From sequence record NC_061442.1: a stretch of DNA of 64,000 nucleotides, one strand, 5' to 3'. The number at the start of each line of letters is the position of its first letter. The first letter of the stretch is position 1. The notes beneath the pieces were generated by a model. That model was not told the DNA's origin. It did no database searches and was given only the letters and a program-made list of their open reading frames with translations. Shown here piece by piece: positions 9,731 through 19,134 of the stretch. A program made the translations under genes and the position numbers.

Positions 9731-12066
9731 TTCGGTTCAACCTTAATGCACAAGTTACCAGTCAGCTTCGAACCGTAGCTAGTGATCTGCGAATCGGTGA
9801 TACGCACCTTAGCCACGATATCAATGAAGCCCTGAGGTTGGTTCTCAATAAGCACGGTGAACATCTGCGTCAGGCTAACGTTAGCATACGCAATCACTTC
9901 CGTAAGATTGGCGTCAGACGTGACAACGTTGAATCCAGCGCTGCCTGTGCCCTTTAAACCGCGACCGTATTCAGCTTCTGCTGTGCCTGGGATTTTGAAC
10001 GACAGAACATATTCAATGTGCTCTTTACCGCTAGTGGCCGCAAAGCCTGGGCCCAGTTGACACTGGAAGTCAGCGATACAGGTAAGCATCACACCTTTCG
10101 AGAAGTCGATGCGCTGAGTGATAGTCAGCTCCTCTGAGTCCTCTACTGTCTGGTGGATGTTGAACATGTTCTTCGGATCAGCTTCTTCGGCTAGTGCCTG
10201 AGTATTGCTGATAGTAATCTCGGGCCACGTACCCTTAATCAGTATACCTTCACCCTGAATGATGGCCGGGGCAGCGATAGGCACATCAATCGGAGGCAGA
10301 CCCTGACGCTTGAACATGTAACCTGTTGGCGTAGGGATAGCGTCAATGATAACACCATCAACAGAACTATCTTTTGAGCCTACCGCCATGACGTTCTCGA
10401 AGATAGTGATCTCAACGAGTGTGTCAGCAGGAATAGGTGACGTTGTTTTAATCACGTTACCCGCGACGGTGAAGTCCATAGGGTGTACTGTCAGACCACC
10501 CATGGCCATAACGCAGTGCGCTTTGTTCAGTGGTGTAGTCGGCAGAGTAAATGTATCAGAATCATAAGGGAAGCGATACTGACCAATACGAATGCGAGTA
10601 GACCAGTTGGCGCGTTCTTCATAGCGAGCCACATAGAATGAGTAGCGTTGTCCTGACGGGATTGCTTCTGTCAGCGTTACCTTGTTACCTGCGTTGAGCT
10701 TGTAGACAGTTGTAGGCTGCCACGTACTACCAACGACGCAGAAGATCATGTCCACGCTATCAATCGGCTTGCTGCCCAAAGAGAACGTAGTGGTTTGACC
10801 GTCACCAGTACCTTCATACGTTTCAAACAGAACAACGTGACCTTGAGAAGGTTCGATGCGGAACTGTCTCAAGTCAAGAGACATGCGCTGCTCAGGGAAA
10901 GATGAAAGCAGAAGCTGGTCATCCACAACGCTATACGCGGTACGCGGTTGCAGGATACCTGATGTTCCGACAAACAAATCAGTCGAGCTATCGAGGTTCT
11001 CGGTCAGCGTGTATCGCATCTTATCAGGCGTAGCAGTAGTCACCACAGAACTGAACAACATCTTACCTGGAGGCACAAACAATGTTGCTGTGGTCTGACG
11101 CGTAGAGCCACCAACAGGTGCCCAATAAGGCTTGTTGTCTTTACCGCGCATTAACGCCCATGTGTCAGGCACATCGTTATTGTCAGGCCAAGGCAGACCT
11201 GCGGATGGTGTTGTCGGGTTAGTGATTCGACGCCATACTGCGATAGTAGTCTGAGCACTGATAAACGGAATAGGGTCGTCTTGGTTAACGAGCTGCCCAC
11301 CAACGTACTTGAAGTGACGACACGCACCAGCACCAGTGCCTGCGATTGTCTGAATGATCACAACTTCATTCGCTTTCAGAGTTGCAGCAAGGCTTGCAAT
11401 CTTAAACGTGTTGGCATTGATGAACCCAGCAGTCGTTATCTGGCCGCTGAATAAACGATCATGCTCGCTGAATCCCCAGTAGTAGGAGCCTGCGCCGTAG
11501 CGATAGGCAACACCGGGAGACTTAGAGCCGTCAGAGTTAACATGTAAGTCAAGTACCGATACGGCATTGAACACGTTATCTTTTAAGCTTGGCAGATTTT
11601 GCAGCGTAGCCACACTAGGAATAGAAGTGTAGTCCGCCATTTTAACAGCAAGAATCTTTTGAATGTCCTGCTGGATATGTACGAGCAAGCTCACACGGCT
11701 GATAGAGTTCGGTACAGCGATGATAGGCTCTTCCAGAACAACGTGCCCGAATGGGCGGTTGTCCGAGAGCATGATCAACAGCTCACCTACACGCTTCATC
11801 TGCTCGCCAGCAACGTAGTTGATTTTAATATCGAAGACAAATCGGGCACTGTTCTCGGTAAGTACCTGAACATATGACAGGGCGCCCGACGCAAGCTCGT
11901 TGCCAAGTAACTGCTCTGGAACCACTGACGGGTTTGAGCCTACAAAGTCACCTGCTTTAAACGACACTGGCTGAACTGCTAGTCCACCAGAGTTAGCGTT
12001 CGCAACGGCCTGTTCTCCCTGAGGCGTTAGACGCAGAGCGTCAACGTAGATAGATTCAGTGGCCAT
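9727..12066 (-). CDS. Baseplate-attached tail fibre / tail-collar-like protein
   Basis: N-terminus LRLTPQGEQAVANANSGGLAVQPVSFKAGD resembles P2 gpH-type fibre anchors; internal repeats (GDGQTTTFSL...; SDTFTLPTTP...); AAGGAG RBS before ATG at 12066. Confidence 0.7.
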   Translation of the reverse strand: MATESIYVDALRLTPQGEQAVANANSGGLAVQPVSFKAGDFVGSNPSVVPEQLLGNELASGALSYVQVLTENSARFVFDIKINYVAGEQMKRVGELLIMLSDNRPFGHVVLEEPIIAVPNSISRVSLLVHIQQDIQKILAVKMADYTSIPSVATLQNLPSLKDNVFNAVSVLDLHVNSDGSKSPGVAYRYGAGSYYWGFSEHDRLFSGQITTAGFINANTFKIASLAATLKANEVVIIQTIAGTGAGACRHFKYVGGQLVNQDDPIPFISAQTTIAVWRRITNPTTPSAGLPWPDNNDVPDTWALMRGKDNKPYWAPVGGSTRQTTATLFVPPGKMLFSSVVTTATPDKMRYTLTENLDSSTDLFVGTSGILQPRTAYSVVDDQLLLSSFPEQRMSLDLRQFRIEPSQGHVVLFETYEGTGDGQTTTFSLGSKPIDSVDMIFCVVGSTWQPTTVYKLNAGNKVTLTEAIPSGQRYSFYVARYEERANWSTRIRIGQYRFPYDSDTFTLPTTPLNKAHCVMAMGGLTVHPMDFTVAGNVIKTTSPIPADTLVEITIFENVMAVGSKDSSVDGVIIDAIPTPTGYMFKRQGLPPIDVPIAAPAIIQGEGILIKGTWPEITISNTQALAEEADPKNMFNIHQTVEDSEELTITQRIDFSKGVMLTCIADFQCQLGPGFAATSGKEHIEYVLSFKIPGTAEAEYGRGLKGTGSAGFNVVTSDANLTEVIAYANVSLTQMFTVLIENQPQGFIDIVAKVRITDSQITSYGSKLTGNLCIKVEPK

Positions 12067-12095
12067 CAAAGAACTCCTTGGGTTTTAACTATTCT

Positions 12096-12103
12096 AAATT
12101 AGC
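12096..12103 (-). promoter_or_regulatory. Putative late promoter motif GCTAATTT
   Basis: Exact motif between a terminator and the RBS of the next gene; recurs in other intergenic gaps. Confidence 0.6.
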
Positions 12104-12110
12104 GTAAATG

Positions 12111-12148
12111 AAAAAGGGAGCCAGGAACAAGCGCTCCAGACTCCCTTT
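12111..12148 (-). terminator. Intrinsic terminator
   Basis: Minus strand AAAGGGAG...CTCCCTTTTT immediately after the 1511-aa stop. Confidence 0.75.
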
Positions 12149-12151
12149 ATT

Positions 12152-15100
12152 TTACTGATAGCGCACTGTGATTACGGCGGTACCGAACGCACGAGCATTG
12201 GTACGATAGATCAAGACGTTTTCTGTCAAGTTATCGTACACGATTTTGCCCACGATTGGTCCCTTCTTACCGTTATCGCCGGTGACAGGCCACTGAGCAC
12301 CATCGAACCCAAGCCATGACTTATTCACAACACCAGCACCATCTGCCGCTGCCGCAAATACAGCTTGACCGTATGACTGCCTAACAACAAAGTAACCGTA
12401 CTCGTCAGTCTTGGTCGATAGCACAAACTGGCCCCCGACGTTCGAACGTAAGCGCGTAGGCAACTGAGCCAATGCGATACTGACACCAGTAATACCAAAT
12501 GGTGCGATGCCGAATCTAGGATAAGAAGACATAGCCTTCATGAAATGCGTTTGCTGTAGGCGTTGCTGGCCTTCGGTATACAGAGCTTTCACACCAAAGT
12601 CAGTATCGTTCAACAGCAGGCCAATGGTCAGGCGCCCAGTAGAAGCGTTGATTGAAATGCCTTGCACATCAACCACATCGCCTTTGCTGTTCGTTATCTG
12701 CCACAAGCACTTAGCACTAACATCATCCTTCACGAACGTGCCGGTACGTCCCAGCATTGCGTTCATCTGCATCGAGCTATCATCACGGACGTTGGTGTAC
12801 CCACCGACTGTCAAGTCTTGTGGGAAGCCTACTCCAGGACAGGTAATCTCTTGCACCAAACTGATTTCAGTACGCTGCTCGGTGATGATACATTCAACTT
12901 TAACTGTCTGTGGGTCTTTCGAAGCAGGGAATCGGAAGGTACCGTCCTGCGACAAGCTGAAACCACTAACAGATTGAATGACGTTCCACTGGAACTTAAC
13001 CGAGTTGGCGTCAGGTAGAGCGGATGATCCACCAGCGCCTGAACGACGTTGATAGTACGCAATAAAGCGATAGTCCACATTAGGGTTGATGTTACCTGCA
13101 GGATTCTCAATGTAGCCATTAAGAATCGTATTCTGCGTCTGTAACTGAATGGTACGAGTACCAATAATCGTTTCATCTGCAAGCGACTGCGGGTTCTGCT
13201 TGGTAAACACAGCACGAAGACCAATCACACCATCAGAGAGTTGAGACTGCCCGATAAACAGATGCCCATTGAGGTTATCAATAGACACACCATCCACGTT
13301 TGTCTCGTCCCCAATCGACCACAGTGCATCAGTCGAAAGGAACTCGTCATCAGGGTCGATGATAACACGCAGAGAGTAAGGCACGTACCAGCGTCCGTTC
13401 TCATAACCAATAGTCGGGTTACGATCAGACACATCCCACACAACGTCAGGACCCACGATACCGATTTGTCTCAGATACGTGTTGGCCTGAACAAGGAATA
13501 CCAGTAATGTCTTCTCAATCTGATACTGGTCGCAGGTGAAACGCGCACGAATAAGCACAGCACCATTAACGTTCTGTCTAGGTGTCAGAGAACCTTCAGC
13601 ATCAATCTCTGCAACAATATCTGTCGTAGGCATGAGCACCTGCGTATTGTTGGGACCTTCCTGCGTGTAGTAGTTCTGCACTACCGACCATTCAGAATCC
13701 ACTTCGAGATCAAACGTCTTAGGGTCTTCTTCGACATACGAACCATCGAGCGTTCGCATTACACCGCCAGTCTTGTACGTGTTAACCAGAGTGTATGACT
13801 CGGAAAGCACGTCAGCACTGATTTGCGTTGCACCTTCGATGCGACTGTTGACGATGTTGTTCACACTCTGCTTAGGTGTAGGCGATACGACCAAATCGAT
13901 CTTATTGCTTACGCGGAAGAACGAAGCAATGACCTGAGTGTACACATCGTAGTCATACAGGATTTTACCTGTCTGTAGAATAGCACCATCGTAATACGCT
14001 TTATCCAGATCAGCAAGACTACCAATCGCATTGAACATAGGCAACTTGCTTACGTCCATGGAGCGGAAGTCTTTATAGCTGGTCGGTGTGCGTCCTTCGA
14101 TGATCTCTACGACGGATGTGCCCGAGTAACGCGCAGGACTAAACTGCAAGAATTGATATTCATCAGTGTCCTTGTCAGGCCAGTTACCAACCCACTCTGC
14201 TGCCGTCACATATTCTTGAGAGCCGTCAACATAAGTCGCAAGCAGACGAACAAACGTGCGCGACTTCTCATACATAGTATCTGGGCACTCAATCATGATA
14301 CTATCCACCAGCGAACGCGCAGGTATAAGTTGCAGGTCACGGTAGTTAGTGAGAGTGTGGCCATCAAACTCGTAGGTCATGTTGATACGCGCAGAGCCGT
14401 GCAGGTCACCCTGAAAATAAAGCACATGCTCTTTCACGCTACGCTGCATAACAGGGTCATACACATCAATCGTTGAGAAGCTAACGTTCAACGTAACCCA
14501 ACGTGCATAGTCAGGATGATCGGGGTCAAACTGACTTGGGTCCTGTCCCTGCTCAACTGCTTGCTGCTGTAGGCGAATGGTTCGTGCCCTTGCCTCCTCT
14601 TTCGCACTATCAGACGGCAGATACTCGACAGTAACGGCAGCGGCCGCAGCATATGAGAGTCCGTTGTTCCACAGACACAACACAGGCAGCATCAACGACG
14701 AACCACTACTGATGGTCGGAGAGCTACGCAGGTCAACCGACTTCGGAATCATGATCGTATCGTTAATCATGATCGTGCGGTTGAATGTGATTGCAGTGCT
14801 GCCGTCAATATACGAAAAGTTGAGAGCATAAGGCACAGCGTCGCCATTAACAAGCGGGGCTTCGAACTCGCCTGTCTGTTGGTCAACACGAGGCAGAGCA
14901 TGTGTGCCTGTAGCAGTATCTTGGCTGCTGAACCAAATGCCAAACACTTCTGTATAAGCTACGACAATCGCAGGGTCACGCGAAGCAATCTGCTCAGGAG
15001 TAGCAGAGGCCAGCACATACAGAGCCATAGCCTTGGGTCGAATGATATCACGCTCAACCACAGTCTCAGGAACAACTAGGTCAATCGTCGCCAGATTAAT

Positions 15101-16687
15101 CTCTGGTGCTTTCAGAGTAACCTGCTTCACTGCCTCAATGGGAACACCTGAACCAAACGAAGCGTAGATAGACGTTAGATAGTCCTGGCGTAATACCTTA
15201 GACTTCAAGACGTTCTCAACAATCTCCGTATGTTCGCTGGTGGTGCGAGCCTGCGCTATACCAAGTTTGGACGTACCATCGTTATACGTGATGGCGTAGC
15301 GTAGGTCGAACTCCTCACCTTGAGGAATCTCGTCATCAACGATGATGCGCAGCTCAGTAGGAACAAGCTCAATCACACTTCGGTTAACATCGAACTCTTT
15401 CGTCTGGGACATATCAAACTGTCCCTGATACTTGACGTTAATGTCAATCGTTGTGTCTGCGTCAACACTAGGAAGTATTAACGTTGTACCATTGAACGTA
15501 CCAAGCGTGGAGCTTAGAGCAATCATGCCGCTGTCTGTCAGTTCTTTGGTAGAGCCTGTAGCGAGATACTTACCATACACTCTGACCTTAGCGCTTGCGT
15601 TACCGAATAGCGTAGGGCATTCGATCAGCAATTCATCTGGGTCAGGCTCGACACCCATAGGATAGATGCGAGACTCAAGTGGGAAGCTGGTGGTATTGTA
15701 GGTAAGAGTCAGGTTGATAACCGATATAGCGAGAGGCTCATTAAAGCGCACTGCGTTACCATCACGCTCTGCTGTCCAATCCGAGTCTTCTACCCAGACC
15801 TCGACTGTTTCTTCCGTGTTATCACTGTAGCTGACCACAGCACCAAACGTAGTCCACTCGCCACCACGAATGAACTCAGGCTGGATGAATGCGATGGATG
15901 ACTGTAGAGGTCGCCCAACGTTGAAACGACGAACTGATTCGACAACGACGTGAGCACCGAGGTATAACTTCGCGCCGAGATTGATCGTCGCATAGACACC
16001 CTCCAATACTTCTTCGATTGGTGCCCACTGATAGAACAGGTCTGCGATGCGTCGCTGGAACATAGCACTACGCGCCGTAAATTGTTCAATATCGTTATTC
16101 ACAGGTTCAAAGCCGATGTGGTTGTTGAACCAATCCTCCGCTTCCTGCTGTGTCATGCCAACTTCTTGCAGTGCGTTAACAACGTCTTTCTCTGCATCTT
16201 TCGTGATCGTCAGGTCAATACCACCATCGATCAGATGTGCGTCAACTTCGAGATTGACCTTGTTCGTCTTGTACCATTGACCACCATCTTGAATCAAAAC
16301 ACCAAGAGGTGTAGGCACAAACGTTTGATAGTCTGCTGTGTACATGCGCGTAGTGTCGAACTGACCACCAAGCAACATGCCTACAAACTTAGGCCATTGA
16401 GTTGTACCAGACACTTGCTGCCAGTCAGGCAGGCAGTCGATGACACGTTTCAACGAAGGCAAACGATACTGCATCAGATCACGCGTGATGTTGATGCCGA
16501 GCTGGCGAATGGCGGCTTCGGCCAGCTCGTCGTTTGTGTCTGCCGTGATGCGACGAAGGTCCAACAACTGTTGGATGACTGTCAGGTTATGTTCGTCGTT
16601 ATGTGCATCGAGCATCTCGAACAACTCTGCCCACGCTGGATTGCTTTCGAGAAAGTCAATGTTGAAGGCTAGAGTGTTTGATTTCAC
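12152..16687 (-). CDS. Large baseplate wedge-associated protein with multiple Ig-like domains
   Basis: 1511 aa; N-terminus resembles P2 gpI-type wedge proteins and follows the gpJ/gp6-like gene; repeated beta-sandwich units with (Y/W)xDG motifs. Confidence 0.75.
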   Translation of the reverse strand: MKSNTLAFNIDFLESNPAWAELFEMLDAHNDEHNLTVIQQLLDLRRITADTNDELAEAAIRQLGINITRDLMQYRLPSLKRVIDCLPDWQQVSGTTQWPKFVGMLLGGQFDTTRMYTADYQTFVPTPLGVLIQDGGQWYKTNKVNLEVDAHLIDGGIDLTITKDAEKDVVNALQEVGMTQQEAEDWFNNHIGFEPVNNDIEQFTARSAMFQRRIADLFYQWAPIEEVLEGVYATINLGAKLYLGAHVVVESVRRFNVGRPLQSSIAFIQPEFIRGGEWTTFGAVVSYSDNTEETVEVWVEDSDWTAERDGNAVRFNEPLAISVINLTLTYNTTSFPLESRIYPMGVEPDPDELLIECPTLFGNASAKVRVYGKYLATGSTKELTDSGMIALSSTLGTFNGTTLILPSVDADTTIDINVKYQGQFDMSQTKEFDVNRSVIELVPTELRIIVDDEIPQGEEFDLRYAITYNDGTSKLGIAQARTTSEHTEIVENVLKSKVLRQDYLTSIYASFGSGVPIEAVKQVTLKAPEINLATIDLVVPETVVERDIIRPKAMALYVLASATPEQIASRDPAIVVAYTEVFGIWFSSQDTATGTHALPRVDQQTGEFEAPLVNGDAVPYALNFSYIDGSTAITFNRTIMINDTIMIPKSVDLRSSPTISSGSSLMLPVLCLWNNGLSYAAAAAVTVEYLPSDSAKEEARARTIRLQQQAVEQGQDPSQFDPDHPDYARWVTLNVSFSTIDVYDPVMQRSVKEHVLYFQGDLHGSARINMTYEFDGHTLTNYRDLQLIPARSLVDSIMIECPDTMYEKSRTFVRLLATYVDGSQEYVTAAEWVGNWPDKDTDEYQFLQFSPARYSGTSVVEIIEGRTPTSYKDFRSMDVSKLPMFNAIGSLADLDKAYYDGAILQTGKILYDYDVYTQVIASFFRVSNKIDLVVSPTPKQSVNNIVNSRIEGATQISADVLSESYTLVNTYKTGGVMRTLDGSYVEEDPKTFDLEVDSEWSVVQNYYTQEGPNNTQVLMPTTDIVAEIDAEGSLTPRQNVNGAVLIRARFTCDQYQIEKTLLVFLVQANTYLRQIGIVGPDVVWDVSDRNPTIGYENGRWYVPYSLRVIIDPDDEFLSTDALWSIGDETNVDGVSIDNLNGHLFIGQSQLSDGVIGLRAVFTKQNPQSLADETIIGTRTIQLQTQNTILNGYIENPAGNINPNVDYRFIAYYQRRSGAGGSSALPDANSVKFQWNVIQSVSGFSLSQDGTFRFPASKDPQTVKVECIITEQRTEISLVQEITCPGVGFPQDLTVGGYTNVRDDSSMQMNAMLGRTGTFVKDDVSAKCLWQITNSKGDVVDVQGISINASTGRLTIGLLLNDTDFGVKALYTEGQQRLQQTHFMKAMSSYPRFGIAPFGITGVSIALAQLPTRLRSNVGGQFVLSTKTDEYGYFVVRQSYGQAVFAAAADGAGVVNKSWLGFDGAQWPVTGDNGKKGPIVGKIVYDNLTENVLIYRTNARAFGTAVITVRYQ

Positions 16688-18147
16688 TGGTTCATCTTCC
16701 TTTCGCTATACGTGATATTGATGCGAAGGTTACGCAGCGCAACGTATTCTAGGACTGTATTCGGAATGATATCCTGAACAGGGCTTTCAATGTTGCAGTA
16801 GTCAACTTCTGGTCTACGTGCGGGCTGGTCTACGTCTGTCCAATCATACAGAACGCGGTCTGTGATATCAGATAGAGCCAAGCGTTTACCCAGCATACCA
16901 GGACGACGCTTGAATAGTTCAAGCACGGACGCTTCAAGTACCGCCTGATTTGATTCGCGTGTGCCAGGTGCGTCAGCGTACAGAGCCACATTCAAGGTGC
17001 AGTCAATCTGTAACTTATCAGGGTTCCATGATTGCACATCGAGAGGGCTATGGAATTGCGCCAGCCAGTTCAAGAACTTAGTCCACTGGGCAGACGTTGG
17101 GTTAGGATTGATGCCTCCCCACGTGCTTGTGTTCCGCGGTAGTACGCACACGCGCACAACTCCCTGCCACTCACGGTCGTTAGGTGCAATCTCTGCTTGA
17201 CCTTGAACTACAACATCCGCAACATCTGGATAGAGAGCAATAGCCGCTTTCCATTCGTCACGACGAATCAGTTTCTTACGGCTGCGTCCTACGATAGGGC
17301 TGTAGTTGCGGTAGTAGTCAACAGGCGTTTCATCAGAGCCACCCAAACACGCGCTCACAGTCTTACCCTGCAACTGCGAGTTAGACAGGCACTGTACTTT
17401 CAGGCCGATACTGTCTGTGTTACCGCTGGCACCAAGTGCTTTGATGCCCTGCACTTTCAACGTATAGCCCACAGGAGGCTGTGCTCCCCACTGCTCACCG
17501 CCAAATTGAATCTCAACGTCACCTTCATCGGTTGTTACATCGAGGAATATTTGTTGATCAGCATACGCCTCAAACAAGCACTTATCGAAGCGTTGATATT
17601 CAATGCGCGTACCGGTCGGGTGTTCGAACCAAACTCGTAGGTCATCCGTAAGCTGGAAGTTCTCTGTGCCCAATTTGATTGACATGTAATCGGTCGCACT
17701 AGGAACAATCTGGCTGAACGTGAATGTTTCAGCGATGATGAAGTCAACATTCTTAACCTCACCTGGCTCCCATTGAGTTACTTCTGCGAGCAACGCATTG
17801 AAACTACCGATAGTGAACGGCGTATACTTGTCGTAAGATTGCTTTACACTACTCAGGTTAGCAACCGAAGCAGTAACAGTAGATACCGACTTACGGCCAA
17901 TATCGACGCCCAGATAGCGAGCATTAGCAAGGATTGAAGTGTTACGTCTGGCCAGGCGACTGAATGCCTCACGGGCAGCAATCAAGTTGGCGTATGAGTT
18001 CGTAACACCTAAGTCACCAAGTGCGTCTGCAAGCAGGGACGTAAGTGAACTGACCTGTGCGTCTGTCCAGTAGCTGGACTTATTGATACGATTCAGGAAG
18101 TCCTGCGCGAACTCCTCATGCGAGGTGTATGTATTAAGCATGGACAT
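16684..18147 (-). CDS. Baseplate wedge protein (T4 gp6 / P2 gpJ-like)
   Basis: 487 aa; EIQFGGEQWGAQP, GGSDETPVDYYR and IRRDEW patterns typical of gp6/J; lies downstream of the gp25-like gene. Confidence 0.85.
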   Translation of the reverse strand: MSMLNTYTSHEEFAQDFLNRINKSSYWTDAQVSSLTSLLADALGDLGVTNSYANLIAAREAFSRLARRNTSILANARYLGVDIGRKSVSTVTASVANLSSVKQSYDKYTPFTIGSFNALLAEVTQWEPGEVKNVDFIIAETFTFSQIVPSATDYMSIKLGTENFQLTDDLRVWFEHPTGTRIEYQRFDKCLFEAYADQQIFLDVTTDEGDVEIQFGGEQWGAQPPVGYTLKVQGIKALGASGNTDSIGLKVQCLSNSQLQGKTVSACLGGSDETPVDYYRNYSPIVGRSRKKLIRRDEWKAAIALYPDVADVVVQGQAEIAPNDREWQGVVRVCVLPRNTSTWGGINPNPTSAQWTKFLNWLAQFHSPLDVQSWNPDKLQIDCTLNVALYADAPGTRESNQAVLEASVLELFKRRPGMLGKRLALSDITDRVLYDWTDVDQPARRPEVDYCNIESPVQDIIPNTVLEYVALRNLRINITYSERKMNQ

Positions 18148-18148
18148 G

Positions 18149-18571
18149 TTACTGTGCCCTCATAGCAAACGTAACGGATTCTTTCGATTCGAGCTTAGGA
18201 CAACGCCATGTGATAACACATACATAGGTCTGCTCGTATTGATCGCTCATGGTACACGCGGTCTGGACATTCGTCACATCGTTTGTCAGGCCGTTAGCTC
18301 TGTCTTCGAGAGCAAGGCGCATGTACGTTGCAATCCAGTCGGCAGTAGTCTGGTCGAAAGGCTCAAATAGATACTGATATACATCAGCACCGAAGGACTC
18401 ACGCCATTTACGTGTTCTCTTTCGGGTGCCTATTACCATCAGAATCTTCTGGACAATGCTGTCCATGTTCTGCACGTTATCGCGGGGTTCGAGTTGAATC
18501 CACGCATTGATATCACAATAGATTCGTTCGCTAATAGGAACGTCTATTAGTCTGACTCCGATTCCAGCCAT
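18149..18571 (-). CDS. Baseplate wedge subunit, gp25/gpW-like
   Basis: SIVQKILMVIGTRKRTRKWRESFGADVYQYLFEPFD matches the gp25 family pattern. Confidence 0.85.
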   Translation of the reverse strand: MAGIGVRLIDVPISERIYCDINAWIQLEPRDNVQNMDSIVQKILMVIGTRKRTRKWRESFGADVYQYLFEPFDQTTADWIATYMRLALEDRANGLTNDVTNVQTACTMSDQYEQTYVCVITWRCPKLESKESVTFAMRAQ

Positions 18572-18861
18572 TAGCCAAATCTCACATTAGGACTACCGTT
18601 AGATGCAGTGTCGCCACAACTGTTGCCGTCACCCGCGCGTTGGGCAGGCTTACCGTTGACACGCACACTCGAACTGGAAGTAGCTTTGCCTGTATGTGGA
18701 GGGCTGTCTTTCTTCCAGTGCGGCATGTACGAGTCGCCATGTCTAACGCTTCCTTTTCCGTTAATAAGCACGTTAGCAGACGCCTGCGCAGCGACGACAG
18801 GGAAGTAGCCGTTATGGCCGGTGGACTTGTCTGTGCCTAGTCGAATAGCTTTCTGTCCCAT
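18571..18861 (-). CDS. PAAR-repeat spike tip protein
   Basis: 96 aa; AIRLGTD..TGH, VLING..SVRHGD and VRVNGKPAQRAGD...CGD motifs; GAGGAG RBS. Confidence 0.9.
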   Translation of the reverse strand: MGQKAIRLGTDKSTGHNGYFPVVAAQASANVLINGKGSVRHGDSYMPHWKKDSPPHTGKATSSSSVRVNGKPAQRAGDGNSCGDTASNGSPNVRFG

Positions 18862-18884
18862 GAATATTCTCCTCTGTTAGACAC

Positions 18885-18892
18885 AAATTAGC
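18885..18892 (-). promoter_or_regulatory. Putative late promoter motif GCTAATTT
   Basis: Exact motif just after the 18911-18936 terminator, 24 nt before the PAAR start. Confidence 0.6.
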
Positions 18893-18910
18893 TTGTTAAG
18901 CAGTAGAAAC

Positions 18911-18936
18911 AAAAACGGGCAGCCTAATGGCCACCC
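18911..18936 (-). terminator. Intrinsic terminator ending the transcript from the 19-20 kb region
   Basis: Minus strand GGGTGGCC-ATTA-GGCTGCCC then GTTTTT. Confidence 0.8.
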
Positions 18937-18972
18937 AGTTTCTGTACGCTTGGATTTTGTGTCGTCGCTCCC

Positions 18973-19116
18973 TTACGCCCGATGCAAGTGCCCGACGGCT
19001 TTAGCCGGTGAGCCGGAGTGAGTAACAAACAGGTTAACATCATGAGGCCTGTTTGACCATGCAAGCAATAGACCAAGCATCGCTATTGCTAACATCGACA
19101 CTAAGAACAAAAGCAT
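18973..19116 (-). CDS. Small membrane peptide, 47 aa (MLLFLVSMLAIAMLGLLLAWSNRPHDVNLFVTHSGSPAKAVGHLHRA); below the ORF-track cut-off
   Basis: Hand translation; AAGGAG RBS 7 nt before ATG; 20 hydrophobic N-terminal residues form one predicted TM helix. Confidence 0.65.
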   Translation of the reverse strand: MLLFLVSMLAIAMLGLLLAWSNRPHDVNLFVTHSGSPAKAVGHLHRA

Positions 19117-19134
19117 GTTTCGCTCCTTGTGTCA

